The notes beneath the pieces were generated by a model, which was not told the origin of the DNA, made no database searches, and was given only the letters and a program-made list of their open reading frames with translations. The translations under genes and the position numbers were made by a program. DNA of 64,000 nucleotides, from the NCBI GenBank assembly GCA_028534125.1, contig CM052818.1, positions 35,342,001 to 35,406,000 of the forward strand. The letters run 5' to 3'. Shown piece by piece: positions 1 through 13,060 of the stretch (positions are counted from its first letter, which is position 1; every line of letters begins with the position of its first letter). This DNA is from Lama glama. Its lineage: Eukaryota.

Positions 1-79
1 ACATTCACAATTTTGTGCCACCACCACCTCTATCAAGTAGCAAGAGCATTTTTGAAAGTGCACTGATGGGGAAAAGAAG

Positions 80-760
80 GTGTACATGGATGCTGGGCGG
101 CCACTTGGTGGAGTGCGGTGCGTTTGCCCCACACCCCTTGCTTTGGGGAACAACCCTACCCCTTCTCCATGGGCTGCTGGCTGGATCAGTCAGTCCTGAT
201 AACCACCTCCTGCACCCACTTTTGGGCATATAATTCACGCTATCCCACAGGCTGTAGAACCTGGTCAAAGTGGGCTTGTGACCATAGTCAGAACAACTGA
301 AGTAACCCTCGGGACTTTTCTGCTAGGGATTGCACTGTGAGTGAGGGTAACACTGAAAAACAAAGCAGGACAATTGTGTCTCAGACCTTGAGGCTCAGGG
401 GTTGGGGAGGGAGTGTTGTTAAAGCACATGGAGCCTCATGTCCTAGAAGCATACGGGGGCTTCTTGAAAGAAAGGAATTTACGTTCTTCCACTGGGATTC
501 TAAGTTGGGAGAGTGTGAACCTGAGACTGCTGCCTACCATCTTGGAGTTGTTTAAAGTAGGGGAAAGTGCCAATGCAGTGGGAAGCAGACAAGAGTCACG
601 GAGAGAGAGCTAGCTCTGGAGCTGGCATTTGAGTCCCTGGATCTACCTATTCCTGAATCCCCAGCCCTGGTCTTCTCAATTGTCTCAACCCTAAACTAAT
701 TAATCCTTTTGTTTGTTTAAGGTGGTCTAGGTAGGATTCTGTCACTTGGTTGTTACTGCA
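80..760 (+). mobile_element. Degraded MaLR LTR (MLT1-like)
   Basis: Ends with MLT1-type motif ...tttgtttaaggtggtctaggtaggattctgtcacttgg; subfamily and start uncertain. Confidence 0.5.
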
Positions 761-1249
761 GGATAACCTAGCGTATCCTGACTGATACTTTTCCTCACCC
801 CAGATGATCTAGGGTCAACCAGGATACCGATCGGGTCACAATGGGGCAGACACAAATGAGAGGGCTGTAGGATCCCAAAAGCTAAATCAATCTGAGCTGG
901 ACCCAGTGTAATGTGTAGTGAGCAGGGCCCAGTAGGGTTAGCTAGCACTGACAAGTCTCTTCTCAGGACAATCTGGAGGGTCGTTCTCAGGCCAAAGACG
1001 TCAGGAACAGGCACTGGAACCAACCATGGTTGCTTCTTACTGGACATAAACAAACCCCCTAACATAGTCATCTTGGGCCTCTTGACACCAACAACACAGA
1101 CATCCAAGGTCACACACATCATGGGCTCCCAGTGATTTAATCATAAATAGTTCTACTGAATAGAAACTTAGAGTTTCCCATCTTGATTCTCAGAATTTCA
1201 TCTTAAGAGTAACTATAATGTTTTAAAGGAACTCTAATGATTTCCCAGT

Positions 1250-1435
1250 CAGATGAACCACACTTTGAATCCTAGCTCTGCCACTTCCCAACTGTGTGGC
1301 TTTGACTGAGCCTCAATTTTCTCATCTGTAGAGTGAGAATAATACAAACTACCACAGAGGGTTGGTAAGGACTGAGGGAAAAGTGCCAACCTGGTGCCTG
1401 GTGCACAAGAGACATTCAGTGAGCTGTCAATGCTA
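1250..1435 (+). mobile_element. MIR SINE
   Basis: tttgaatcctagctctgccacttccc...gagcctcaattttctcatctgta...gtgcctggtgcaca, the MIR core. Confidence 0.75.
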
Positions 1436-2299
1436 TTTGGGGGCAGTATTGTATAAGCCCTTAAGGAATAGAGCCGTATGGCAGCCATCTTTCTAAACAC
1501 AATCTTTCCTTTAGCCAAGCTTTAGCGTGCCTGTAGATGCCCAGCGTGATGTCAAAAGCGAAGTGGCAAGAAGCCTACAATGCACAGATTTATTCAATCA
1601 AAGTTTATTGAGAACCTACTATGTGCCAAGTGCTGGGCTACAGAGATGACAGAGGTGGTCTCTGTCTTCATGGAAGGATCATCATCTCTGAAACTGGCCA
1701 GGTGGAGACCATGGATAGCAGGGCCTATCATCAGTGGCATGGGGTGACCACCTGACTGAGGGTGACACAGAAAAAGACCAAGACAACTATGTAGAGAGTG
1801 ACCTCTGACCTTGAGGTATGGGGAGTGGGCAGATTGAAGGACCTGAAAGCATTAGACCGCTTCCAGAAGGAAAATCTCTTGGATGAAAGATCAGCTCCGT
1901 GTCCCAGAGTTAGCTATCTCTGTTCCTGTGACCCTTGAAGGGGTGAAGTTGGACGAGGGGTACAGAAATGTAGGACTGGTCTCAGTGGTGAGGGATTGGG
2001 TGTCCACAGAGGGATGACAGGTGCCTGGGGAAGGGAGCATACCATGTCCTGGCACAGGGAAGGTGAAGTAAGAGACGACTGGTGGAGGTACAGGCAGAAT
2101 AGGGGAGCCAGGCTGGGGAGTAGGGAGCCCAGCACCAAGTCCTAGGTGTGGCAGCTGAGAGAGTGATAAGCAGAGGGTGGCTGTGCTGACGAAAGTAGAT
2201 GCCCCAAGTCAGAAATCTGGAGCCCTGGGAACTCTATAGGAAATGAGAACAACCCCCACAGCAAAGGGGTGAGTAAGCATGAGGGTGGAATGTAGGTGT

Positions 2300-2470
2300 G
2301 CACAGAATCTTCGAGTTGGAAGGGATCTTCAGTGTCATTTAGTTCCACCTCCCACCCATGAAATCTTCCAGTCTTCCACTGACCAACTGAGGGCACTCAA
2401 CTCTACTTGGACACCTCCAGGTATGGGGAGCTCACTCCCTTCAAGGGGGCTCATCCTATAGAGGTGCTCG
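2300..2470 (-). mobile_element. CR1/L3 3' end abutting the CpG island
   Basis: cacagaatcttcgagttggaagggatcttc...acacctccaggtatggggagctcact is the reverse L3 terminal motif. Confidence 0.65.
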
Positions 2471-2639
2471 AGCCTCCAAGACGGCCTAAGATGGGCCTGG
2501 CGCCCCGACCTTGGCTCTGCTGAGTGGGCTGGCGTCCACTCGGCGGCGGCACCTGGCCGGGGTGGCGGGTGGCGTGGGGGTTGCGGCGCGGATGGGCCGG
2601 CGCTGCTGTCCCCAGCCCCAGTGCTGAGGCAGGCAGAGT

Positions 2640-2802
2640 GCAGTGGGCTCTGGTGGAGGTCCGGAGAACTGCAGGGCGAAGGCCGCCGGGGGCTCCGCGG
2701 GCTGCCAGGGGGGAGGCACTTGACACCGGCCCGGGGAGAGGAGGGGCCGCTGTCCCTGCGGCCAGTGCTGGATGCGGGGACCCAGCGCAGAGGCAGTGCC
2801 AG
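2640..2802 (+). other. DNMT3A: Alternative non-coding first exon 1a (start approximate)
   Basis: GCAGTGGGCTCTGG...CAGTGCCAG|gtagcg resembles the recalled upstream first exon of human DNMT3A; GT donor at 2803. Confidence 0.8.
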
Positions 2803-3199
2803 GTAGCGGGGCGCCCCGTGGAGGGGAGGGCTGTCGCAGGCCCCCGGCGGAGTGGCCCGGAGCGCGACCGAGGCGGGGTGCCCGGGCCCAGCGCGGGGTC
2901 GGGGCGCCGCGGGTTCTGGTCCTCCGTCCCGCAGCGTGCGGGGACCCCCAGCGGGGCAGCATGGGCCGGGAAGTCGGGCCGAGGGCGCTAGGACCGGCCG
3001 CGCGCCCAGGCCGCTCCCGCCGCGGCGCCCCGGGGCCCCCCAGTCGGCGCTGCCTCCCGGGCCGGCTCCGCAGCGCCGGGGCCGGGGCCAGCGCGGCCGC
3101 GGGGGGCGAGCAGCGGGCGGAGGCCTGGGCCCGCGGGCGGCCGGAGGGAGGGAAGGAGGAAGGCGGAGAGAAGGGGTGGGAGGGGGGGACCCGGCGGAG

Positions 3200-3284
3200 G
3201 AGGCGGAGAGAGGGAGCGCGACAGCGAGCGGAGGGAGGGAGCGAGCGAGCGAGGCAGGCAGGCGGGCCGGGAGGGAGGGAGGGC

Positions 3285-3322
<38 letters not shown>

Positions 3323-3399
3323 AGCAGAGGACGAGCCGGGACGCGGCGCCGCGGCACTAGGGCGCGCAGCCGGGCCGGCCCGACCCCACCGGCCACACG
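3200..3399 (+). other. DNMT3A: Alternative non-coding first exon 1b (start approximate)
   Basis: GAGAGCAGAGGACGAGCCGGGACGCGG...CCGGCCACACG|gtaatg resembles the recalled 5' end of the major human mRNA; GT donor at 3400. Confidence 0.85.
3291..3320 (+). repeat. (GCG)10 trinucleotide repeat at exon 1b
   Basis: Ten uninterrupted GCG units read directly. Confidence 0.95.
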
Positions 3400-6300
3400 G
3401 TAATGAGCGCCGCTGCTGGCGGCCCGGGAGGCCGGCCCGGAGGCGGGTGGGGAGGAGGGGAGACGGGCGGGGGGCACGGCGGCGGGCAGTACCCGGCTCG
3501 GGGCACGCTTTCGGACCCCCGCAACTCGGCGCCGGGCGCTCGCGGGGCCAGGGCTGCGGGCGGCGACGGCGGGCCGGGCTGGCCGGGGCGGCGCGGGGGA
3601 TTTGAGGGTTTGTTTATGTCCCCGCGGGCTCGGCAGGCGCCCCCTCCCGTCCCGCCCGCTCCCGGCGCGGAGCCCCCTCCGCGCCCCCGCCCGGCTCCGG
3701 GCTCAAGTTCAAGTCTATACAATGCCGCGGGGGGCCCCCTCCGCCACCCGCCTCAGCCGCGGTGCCCGGCTCGGCGCTGCCGCAGGGGCCCCGGCCTGGC
3801 CGCCCCCGCCTTCCGGGCCCTGCCCGAGTCCCGGGGCCCCGCCTGGGGCCTGCGGCCGGGGCGCTGGAGGGCGCAGACCCCGACCCGGAATAATCGGCTC
3901 CCGCCGCGGCCCGCAGGGAGCGGGGGAGGGGGGCGGGGGCCGGGCCCCGCGCAGGCTCCGCGGCGGCGGCAGAAAATGGCAGCCTGGCACGACCCGGCCC
4001 CCCGCCCCTCCCCCCGGCTCCCGGCCCTCCTCGGCCCGGCGGGGCGGGGGACCCGGGAGGCCCCCGGGGGCGGGCCGAGGGGTGATCCGGGGGCCGGGCC
4101 GGGGAGCGCTTCGCAGCGATCCTCCTCCGGCCACCTGTGGCTGGGGGTGAGGGGTGCCAGCGGATCAGGGAGGGGCGGCGGGGGTGGGGAGAGTGCCACT
4201 TGGGGGGCACACCTCTCCGCGGAGAGCCGGGCGGCGCGCGGGGGGGACATCGTGCCTGGCTCCTCCCTGCCCCCGCCGTGGGCCGTGGGAGCCGGGGCGG
4301 CGGCGGCGGCGGTGGCGGCGCCGCAGTGTGGGGGCGGGGCGGGGGCGGGCGAAGATCCCGGGCCGGGGCCGCGGGGGCCGGAAAACGCAGGGGTGGTAGC
4401 CGCGGGGCCGGGGCCCTGAGCGGTACGGGGTTGGGGGGGCGCCCGGGGTCGCCCCCTGCAGCAGCACCCAACCTCCTCCCCGTACACACTCACACGCACG
4501 CGGACACACTCACGCACACGCACCCCCGCTGGGCCGGTGCAGACGTGTCCTTGAAAGCTTCGCATCTGCACGGTGAAGGACGAGGCCTCACCAAGGCTGC
4601 GGATGGGGGTCTTCGGCCCCATGTCCCTGCGCCCCGGGAGACCCTAAGCTTCGGAGCCGCAGGCTGCCTCGGTCCGTGTCCCGCCCTCACCCCGGCTCCC
4701 CTCCCCCAGGCCGCCCTGCCCTCCCTCCTCCTCAGCTCGGACCGAGCTGGCAGGGGTCCAGGGCCCGCCCCCGGCCTCCCCCAGCCCCCCATCGCTGGGG
4801 CCCGCGGCCCTCCGGCTGCCAAACTGCATTTCGCTTTCCTGGAGCCTCCCTTCTTGGGGGCACCCACTCCCTTCCCTGCCCCTTTCTGTTATTTCCCCCT
4901 TTTCTCTCCATCCCCTCCGTCCTTCCTCCTCTACTGCGAAGCTAGTTGAGTAGGTGTTGGCGCACTAGGTGGGGAGTGAGGGGCTCTCTGGTTCTCAGGG
5001 GCTCTCTTCCCCAGTTGGAGAGGGGAGCCCCCTGTGGCTGCACCTTGACCCAAGATGGCGTCCTGCACCCAGCTGGGCAGCTCAGGCCTGCGTCAGGCCG
5101 GGGAGGAAGGGCCTGGGCCCCAGAGCCACACAACTCGCCCCCTCCCAAACCAGCAGGGACAGGAGCCTTTGGGAGAAGAGCCTGCTGCCCTGTGACCCAG
5201 CTTGCCCCTCGCTGCCGTGCCCAGAGACTGCCATCAGCATCCCTGGGGGACTGTTCAGTCTTCATGTTTCACCCTGGGCTGCCAGCGGCTGAACCAGCCT
5301 CCTGGGCTGGCGGGCTGCGAAGGGATCCTGGGATCAGGTGCTGCTCCGCTGTGCCTCCTCCCTCCCAGGCAGATGTGACAGCTGCAGCCAGGGAAGCTTT
5401 TCTCCTTAGGCGTTGCTGCAGTGTTAGGACTGGCCTGTGGGATTTGGGGAGCCCAGCTGTCAGACCCTCTTTGGGCTGTCCCCTCTGCTGGCAGGGGCCC
5501 TCTCCTGGCGGTTTCCTGAGGCCACGTGGGTTTGGAGGCATGGGTTAGGAGTTCCTGCTAAGTCTCTGGGATGAGGTGGTCCTGCTCTGCCTCCAGGTCC
5601 CATTGAAGCCCTGGTTGGGCTGTTTGACAGGCAACTCTATGAAAGTGTGAGTCTGTGTGCATGTGGGTGCATGTGTGCACATGTGCTGCACGCCGGCAGG
5701 GGCCCAGGCAAACTTGCGCAGCGGGTCTGGCACCTGCCCGCCTCCCTTCCCGGCCCCACTTCTCCGGGCCCTGGCTCCCTCTCCAGCCTCTTGTCCAGCT
5801 CCTTGGTGCTTGTCTTCAGCTACTCATGAAATGCACGGCCCCTGGCTCCGGCGGACCAAGGCTCTCCCTCCCAGGCTCGTGGGCCTGCAGTAGGAAGCCG
5901 ACCTTAAAAAAGGTGAATTCCTTCTAGACTCAAGGAGTGACAGGTCCATGGTTTAAGGGCTGTCCCCCGAGCACCAGAGAAGCGTAGGAGAGGACAGCCA
6001 CGGCCATCTGTCAGGGTGTCTGCGGACAGGATTCCTCTGTGGGGTGGGGGTTGGACTGCAGCTTCAAGTCCATTCCAACTTCTAAATTCTATGGCTCTGA
6101 TTCTAGTGGTGGAATTTCAGACCCAAGAATGGGGGTGGCGTGGTCTTTTTTTCACCACATAGTGATAGTCAGGAGTAGCTTCTGAGGACGGGAGGTTTGA
6201 GAGAGAGCAGGGCCTCCTGGGGGATGGGCCTTTGAAAGGAGAAGGTGGTATGAGGTCAGGGGGCCCTTCAGGAGACAAGTTTGTCACATCTGACTCCATT

Positions 6301-9300
6301 GAGGGTTTAAAAGTACAGCTTCCGGTTAAGCCGTCACATGTGTGTGTCCTTCTGTAGGTTTATGTGTAAATTCGAGTGTGTGCATAATTTCTGAGATTTC
6401 CTCCTCGAGTCTAATTCACAGTGAACTCCTGAGTCTCTTAGGGATATTTTACTATCACAGTCACATGTCATTGCCACTGGTCCTCCCAGTGGCCTGCAAA
6501 GAAGACAGGACAAGCTATAAAATACTTTCCCTGGGTGACCTGGCTGGAAGGAAGTGGGGCCAGGCCTGCTACCTGGGGAACTTAGATTGTCCCCTGTGAC
6601 AGCTCTCCTGGGCTCCTGCACTGCGTGTCAGTCTTTCCTCTCTGTGGTCTCCACGGGACAGGGACCTTGCCCTGGCCGCCTCTGGGTCCCGCATCCGACA
6701 TTTAGCTCGGCTTCTGTGAGCGATGCTGAGTGGCGGGAAGCTGGCTGCACATCTGTGTTTTCTGTCCCTGTCCTCTTCCCAGCGGCAGGTTTAGTGGCTG
6801 GGCTCTCTTCTGCTTGCCGCTACTGTGGCCGTCGCATACTTAAAGACCAGTTCCTTAGGCTCCAGCCCCTCTGAAAGACCCAAATTCTTCCCCAGTGTGA
6901 GCCTGGACTCCATCAAGCCTCCTTTTTTTGGGAACCAGATAGAAAGGGGACTCGGGAGCAGTCTTGCCAGCTCTCTAATGGGTGAGTTAAAAATAGACCA
7001 CCCTCTCCCCATCCTTGGGCCTCAAATGTTACCATTAGAATCCAAGCCCTAGAATTTAGGGTTGAAAGAGAACTTGAAGCTCTGAGAACCCCTAGCTCTG
7101 GAGCTAGGTGGGGGCTGTTTGGGTGTGGGGCCAGGCCCGGTTTCTTCCAGGGTTGGAAGTACTGCTCAGAGCCCGAGGCCAGAAGGGCCAAGTATGTGCC
7201 TGTCACATGCTCCCCTCCCCTTGGCACTTCCTGCCACCTTCCACTTTCTGGAGCCTGGGGTCCCTGACTTGGTGCCTATGTTGTCTTTCCTCATCCTGTG
7301 CTCCATTGATGGTGAAGTGTGTCTCTGGCCTCTAACTTGAGAACAGGCAAAAGTTAGGGCCAGAGAATGGCCCATGGGACTTGTTTCCACTTCCATTTTG
7401 GTGTCTAATGGATAGTAGAGCTGGTCAGCCTCCCGCCTGCCCTTTGAGGCTGGGCGGCTCTGTGGGCCTGTGTGCTTTGCTGTGCCTGAGCAAGGCGTAT
7501 TAAGTAAACAAAAGGTGCCAGATTCCTTTCCACTCAAATTTTGAGGGCTCGTCTTCAGTCATTTCCCTCCCTGACTCTTTTTCCCAAAAAAAACCCCTCC
7601 CAAATCTGAGATCCACGCAGTGTCGCGGATTTGCATGTGTGTCCAAGCCTGCGTCCCCTTGGCTGAGTGTGTGGGCAAGACAGGGTGTGGTGCACGTGTC
7701 TCCGTGCTGATTTCTGTGTACATGGTGTGCAGTGCAGCCGCGTGGGGATAGGTGGGACTTGCTTGGACATGAGCCTCTCTCGAGGCAGCTGAAGTGAGGG
7801 CGCTGGAGTTGGAAGGAGCAGCATTCTGACCCTTCCCAGCTGTGGGATATGGAGTGGCAAACTCACTTTCTCCGAGCCTCCGTTTCCTCGCCTGTACCAC
7901 GGAAATAAGACTAGGCTCTACTTGTAGTTTGTTGTAAGAATTAAACGGGAATGCGCCTTATCTCTTGGCGGAACGCAGATGCTCAGTGTTAGCTGGCCTG
8001 GTTATCGTCATCATTGGGACGGTTCACATGGACTGGCGCTGCAGGAAGTGCTCTGAGAAGGCTTGTCCATCTTCCTGCCTCTTTTGCAAAATCTTAGGCA
8101 GATGAGTAAAGTGCTGATTCTGATTGAGAAACCTTCAGAGGTGGGAGGCTCCTCAGCACTGCTTAGCAATCTGTCCCAGAGTTGAGCAAATCACATTGTC
8201 AACAGGTTGTCTTTGTATCCACCTTAAATCCCTCACGCTGTGGTTTCAGCTCTTAATTCGGATTCTGTCCTGAGTGCAGCCTTTTTGCTTCTATTTACCA
8301 GAGATTTGCTGAGCATTTCCTGTGGGCAAGACCCTGTGTTGCACTTTGAGGGGACACAGAGTGAGTTTAGGATGTGCCCAACTAATTAATGACCGCAGAC
8401 CAAGGTTGCAGTAGAGGGAGGAATAAAACTCTTAAAGGACAGTGAGGTCACAACCCACTGAGGGGATCAGGGAAGGCTTCTTGGAGGAGGTGGCACCTGA
8501 CATGGGCTTTGAAGCACAGAGATGCGGCTTCTAGGCCAAGGGGAAGAAGCCAGGCTGTCAGGGATGCCATGGCTGGAGTGTGGGGGAGACTTGGGGGAGA
8601 CTCTGGGGAGGTGGAACAGGGCATCCGTGTACTGGGGACCAGCCATTGATTTGAGGAGAGCAGGCCCCTGCACTCTGTAACTCCTGTGTGGCCCGTGGAG
8701 AATCGCTCAGAATTTTCCTGCTTGTGGTGGCTGTAGGGGGTGGGGTGGGGAGAAGACAGAGGGAAGAAAGGGAGGGCAGGGAAGGGGCCAGCTGAGCTCA
8801 TTTGGTATAGGATCTTGATGATTCCTTTATATTCCGTAGACTAGAGCTTAAGAGCTCAGACTTGGAGGGAAACAGAGCAGGGTTTAAATTACACCAACCC
8901 CAGGGGGTCATGGCGATTAAGGGGAACACCAGCCGGGGGGCGAGGTCTCTGTCGGTGATGGCAGTCATGATGTGAATGGGCAGCAGGAGTGTCCTTGGCC
9001 TGGCCTCCCAGAGGTCTCTGTGTCCCCTTTTGCATCCCCTCCCTCAGGCTGAGGCACCCCAGCATTCAGAGAAAGTGGGAGGTGGGGCGCAGCAGACCCT
9101 GACTTCACCCTGCCCTCTCCCCTCCCTCCTCCACGTGCAGCAGAACTGAGCCCCCACCTTGGAGGGGAGATGCCCTGGGCTGGCCTGGCAGCTGTGCCCC
9201 CAAGTGTGGCCGCAGGTGTCTGGCAGTCCCTGGCAAGGACAGCCAGCAGGCTGGGCCGCCAGGCCGTGTCTCCCTTGCTGGTCACATCGCAGGCCTGTCT

Positions 9301-12184
9301 GGAGAACAGCGACAGCGGGGGAGTTGTGGGGAGGGCGGTCAGAGAGGATGCCTGGGGCTCTGCTAGCAGAATCCTAGCAGGGAGTGGAATTTTTTTTTCA
9401 GCCATAGCTCAGCACTGCCCACTCCCATCCTACTGTGGTCCCCTCTGACCCCCAAGGCTTCCTAGCCTTATTTATGTCTATAACCAGGTTCCTATTTCCT
9501 CTTTCCTGTGGTCATGGCCCTGCTCACTGTCATCCCTATTGATCTTCCCTCTCTGTTTCTGTTTCAAATGTCAAGGTCATTTTTAATTCTGAGCCGGTTG
9601 TTAGCTGTCCTGTCTGGGTGCACAGAGTTGGACGGAGGACCATCTCTCACAGCTAGTAACTGGAGGGCTGGAACTTGGGTCCTGACTCCTCGTCTTGTGC
9701 TCTTCCTGCTGTGCTACCATGTAGGTGGATCTGGGGATCAGTGCAGAAGATGTTCTAGACTTAATAGATCAGCTCGATCCCAGTGTGCCAGCGGTCCTTA
9801 CTTGAAAATGTTAAAAGATGCTCAGAGGACGATGGGGTCAGATCTGTGGTTTACTGAGCCGTAGGTTGGACGTAGGGCCTGTCTTGGTGAATGGGAATGC
9901 CTGGGCTGGGAGGCTAGGAGGCTGAGGGGCCCTGGGAGCATACCTCCCCCTCAGAGTTTCCCCAGAGGACCCTGGGAGGAGCAGGTGAGGGCGCTTGGGC
10001 CCAGGCCAGGTGACTGGGGTCCTCCAGCACTCCAGGAAACAGAACCTGTTGGCACGGGGCTTCTTGAGGAAATGGTCTTGTATGATTAATTTTACAGATT
10101 CTAAAAGGATGCCTAAATTTATGGATAAAGAGGAATCTAATAGACGCCCATGATATGGTATGGATTTACCCCAAAAGCAATGTGAAGAGTGTAATCTCAT
10201 TTTTTAAATTCCTTTAAAATTTATACCAATATGCACATTTATAGGTCTGTACATGCTTAGAAAAAGTCTTTCTGGAAGGATAACCCAGCAAACGTGTCGG
10301 CAGTCTTTGCCATTTTATTCACTTTTGTAACCTTCGAAAAAATGTAAAGGCACGTGCATTCCTTTCTTAATGACAACAACAAAAATAAAACTGCACTTTT
10401 TAAAGCTTCTGGATAAGAACTTGAAAAAAATTTGAGTCACCCTTGGGCTGGAAGGGTGGACTCTTTTATAATGGATATGAAATTGGCTTGAGGACTGACA
10501 GTTAAGGGTGGGGCTGTTCAGGTACTTTGGAGTCTTTTCTGGAAAGGTTGCAGGGAGATTTATTGCAGACCCTGAGGTCTCCAAGCGAAGGCCTAGGCAG
10601 GAAGGGATTGCATAAGCGTGGAAAACAGGCAGCTGGCTGCATCCTCGTACATGCCGGGGGCCGTGGACCAAGTTAGCTTTACAGGATGGTGACTGGAAAC
10701 TCAGTTCTGACACAGGATGGGACACAAATCCTTGAGGATCTTCCCTGAAGGCTTTGATCTGGTCGCCCTTGTGACCTGGTACAGCCAGGGCCTAGTCCCC
10801 GCGTGGAGCTCGGGTGACCCAGCCCTGGCGTAGCCTGGGAGCCGTGTGCAGGGAGGACAGCGTGGGGCTTTAGGAGGCCCCGCCAGGGATGGAGGGGATG
10901 GCTGCGTAGCTTGTCTGGCATGTGGGCTCAAGCTGTGCCCGACTGTGATCTGGAGGCCCACGAGCAGGTGGCAGTGACCCGGTGACAGGGCGGAGAGGTG
11001 AGAAGGGGTGATACAAATTCCTCTGTCTGTTGCTTGGCAACAGCGCCCACCTCCCATTTTCATCCGCCCATGGGTGCCCTCTTGGAGCTTGCTTTGGCCC
11101 TGGTAAAGATGACATGAGAAAGGGCATGTGGACTTCTCCAGGCCTGCTCCGCGCCCCCCCCCCCGGAGTAAGGCAGGAAGATCAAGGGCAGCAGCAAGCC
11201 CTCTGGGGACCGCCCGCAGCCCCAGGCCGGTGGGGGACAGATGTGCAGGGCAAAGAAGTGACCAGGAGGTGGGTGGATCCTGATTTGTGTCTCAGCCCTA
11301 CTGCTACCACAGCTACTGCAAGATCTAAAGTCTCTGAGCTGTGGGTTTTTCATCCGTGAATCAGGGATAAGAAGAGCGCCCGCACTTCACCAGTGTTGCT
11401 TGAATCCAATGAAATATTGTATGAAAACAGTCAGCACTGCACCTGGCACTTAGCAGGTGCTCAGGAGGTGTGAGTTCCTTTTCTATAAGTGGGGTCATGA
11501 CGGGGCTGCATGAGGGTGACTCTGGGGATGAGGCAAGGAGACCTCATGCAGGCCCCTTTGTGTTCTAAGAACCCCCCCAAATGTTGCTTGTCACTCTCAT
11601 CACCACTTAGGGGTCGTGGGGCCTCCATTTCCTCGGCCATCTGATCTCTGGACCTTTAATTTTGATGTCCTTCCATCAGTCTCTTCAGAGCCCATGCCCA
11701 CTGGGGACCCAGCAGGTCCCTCCAGCCCTGGGCCCTCTCCCTCCCTGCCCTCTGGTCTCTTTAGACCCAGAGCAGGCAGTGGCCTTTCCTCCGGTTGCTG
11801 AGCCTGCTGGCAGGGTTGACTCTGTCCCTGGTCCACAGGCAGGGGAGGGTCTAGACCACAACCAGGCCTGGCAGCTGGCACCCAGCAATGGTTCCTGATG
11901 GTTGGTTACCAGCAGCGATGTGGTATTTATTGCCATCCTCTCACAGGCCGGGATTCCCGGCTCAACTAGTGGTGGCCTGTGGGACTGCCTGGTACTGGAA
12001 GCTCAGCCAGGAAGCCCAGTCAGGGAGACCGTTGCCTCTGCATTTTCTTTAGTCAGCACCCTCGTGCTGCCTGGACTCTGGCAGTCTGGTGAGGGGCGGG
12101 GGCCCCAAGTTGGCAGGCCTGGCAGTTCTTGTGTTTTCTCTCCAGAGGACCCTTGCTTCAGAGCCACAAATAACACTTATCTCT

Positions 12185-13060
12185 TCATTTATTAAAGACC
12201 TACTATGTGTCGGGCACTGGCTATAAAGATAGAAGAGACTGCGCTGGTCCTTCAGGAGCCTGCAGCGGAGGTGAGAGTCTGGCAAGGTGGCCATCACACC
12301 GTAGGCGGGTGGGGAGAGCTCTGCAGTGTGTGCTTGGGGCTCCTAGGGGCTCAGAGAAGGGATATCTCATTCAAGGGAGGAGGGACAGTCAGGAAAAGTT
12401 TCTAAAAGTGAGGGTTACGCAGAATCTCAAAGGATGGGAAGCAGTTAGCCAGGTGATCAAGGGCGTTTCCTCACCTGATGTGACAGGAGTGATGGGGTCC
12501 GAGGACTAACGGGATGTGAGGCCGCAGGGCCAGGCCAGAGGTGGACCACCGAAGGCCAGGATGTTACCTGTTGACAGGTGTTGGGCTTGGAGTAACATGC
12601 CTATATTTGTATCTGACAAAAAGATCACCCTGGGGCATCAAGGAAGGGAAATTGGACAGGTGAGGCTGGGGCCAGGGAGCCCGGGCAGAAGGCAGGTGTA
12701 GAAATGGAGAGGAGCAGCCGTGTAGGCATGGAGGGGGCTGCTTCGTGAGGCATTTGGGGAGGAATGGCTGGGTGATGAGAGGGTGTGGGGAGCAGAAGTG
12801 ACTGGTTTCTGGCTCAGCCAGCTGCGTGGTAGAGATGCCGTCCATTGAGAGGGCACGTGTCAGAGGGAGTCTGGAGAGATCTGGGGGCGTTTCACATGGG
12901 AGGCAGGACCGGGGATGGGACTGAGGGTGGTTAGGATTTGCACAAGTGGGCCAGGCTTGCAGAAGGAGAGAGCACCTGTGTCACCAGGCCCAGATGTGGG
13001 GGCCCCAGGGAGGGGCAGGGTCCAGGTGATGGATTTGAAAGGTAGGCACATTTTATTCCC
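12185..13060 (-). mobile_element. L2 LINE fragment
   Basis: Starts with reverse L2 3' end (catttattaaagacctactatgtg...); degraded L2 body follows. Confidence 0.55.

Larger units (their letters stand above)
2480..4850. promoter_or_regulatory. DNMT3A: CpG island promoter of DNMT3A1
   Basis: Very GC-rich, CpG-dense stretch with many GC boxes (GGGCGG), contrasting with CpG-poor flanks; contains both first exons. Confidence 0.95.

Noticed and set aside
2335..4949. Many long overlapping ORFs (up to 380 aa) on both strands
   Set aside because: Pro/Gly/Ala/Arg low-complexity products expected from stop-poor CpG-island DNA; no recognisable domain.
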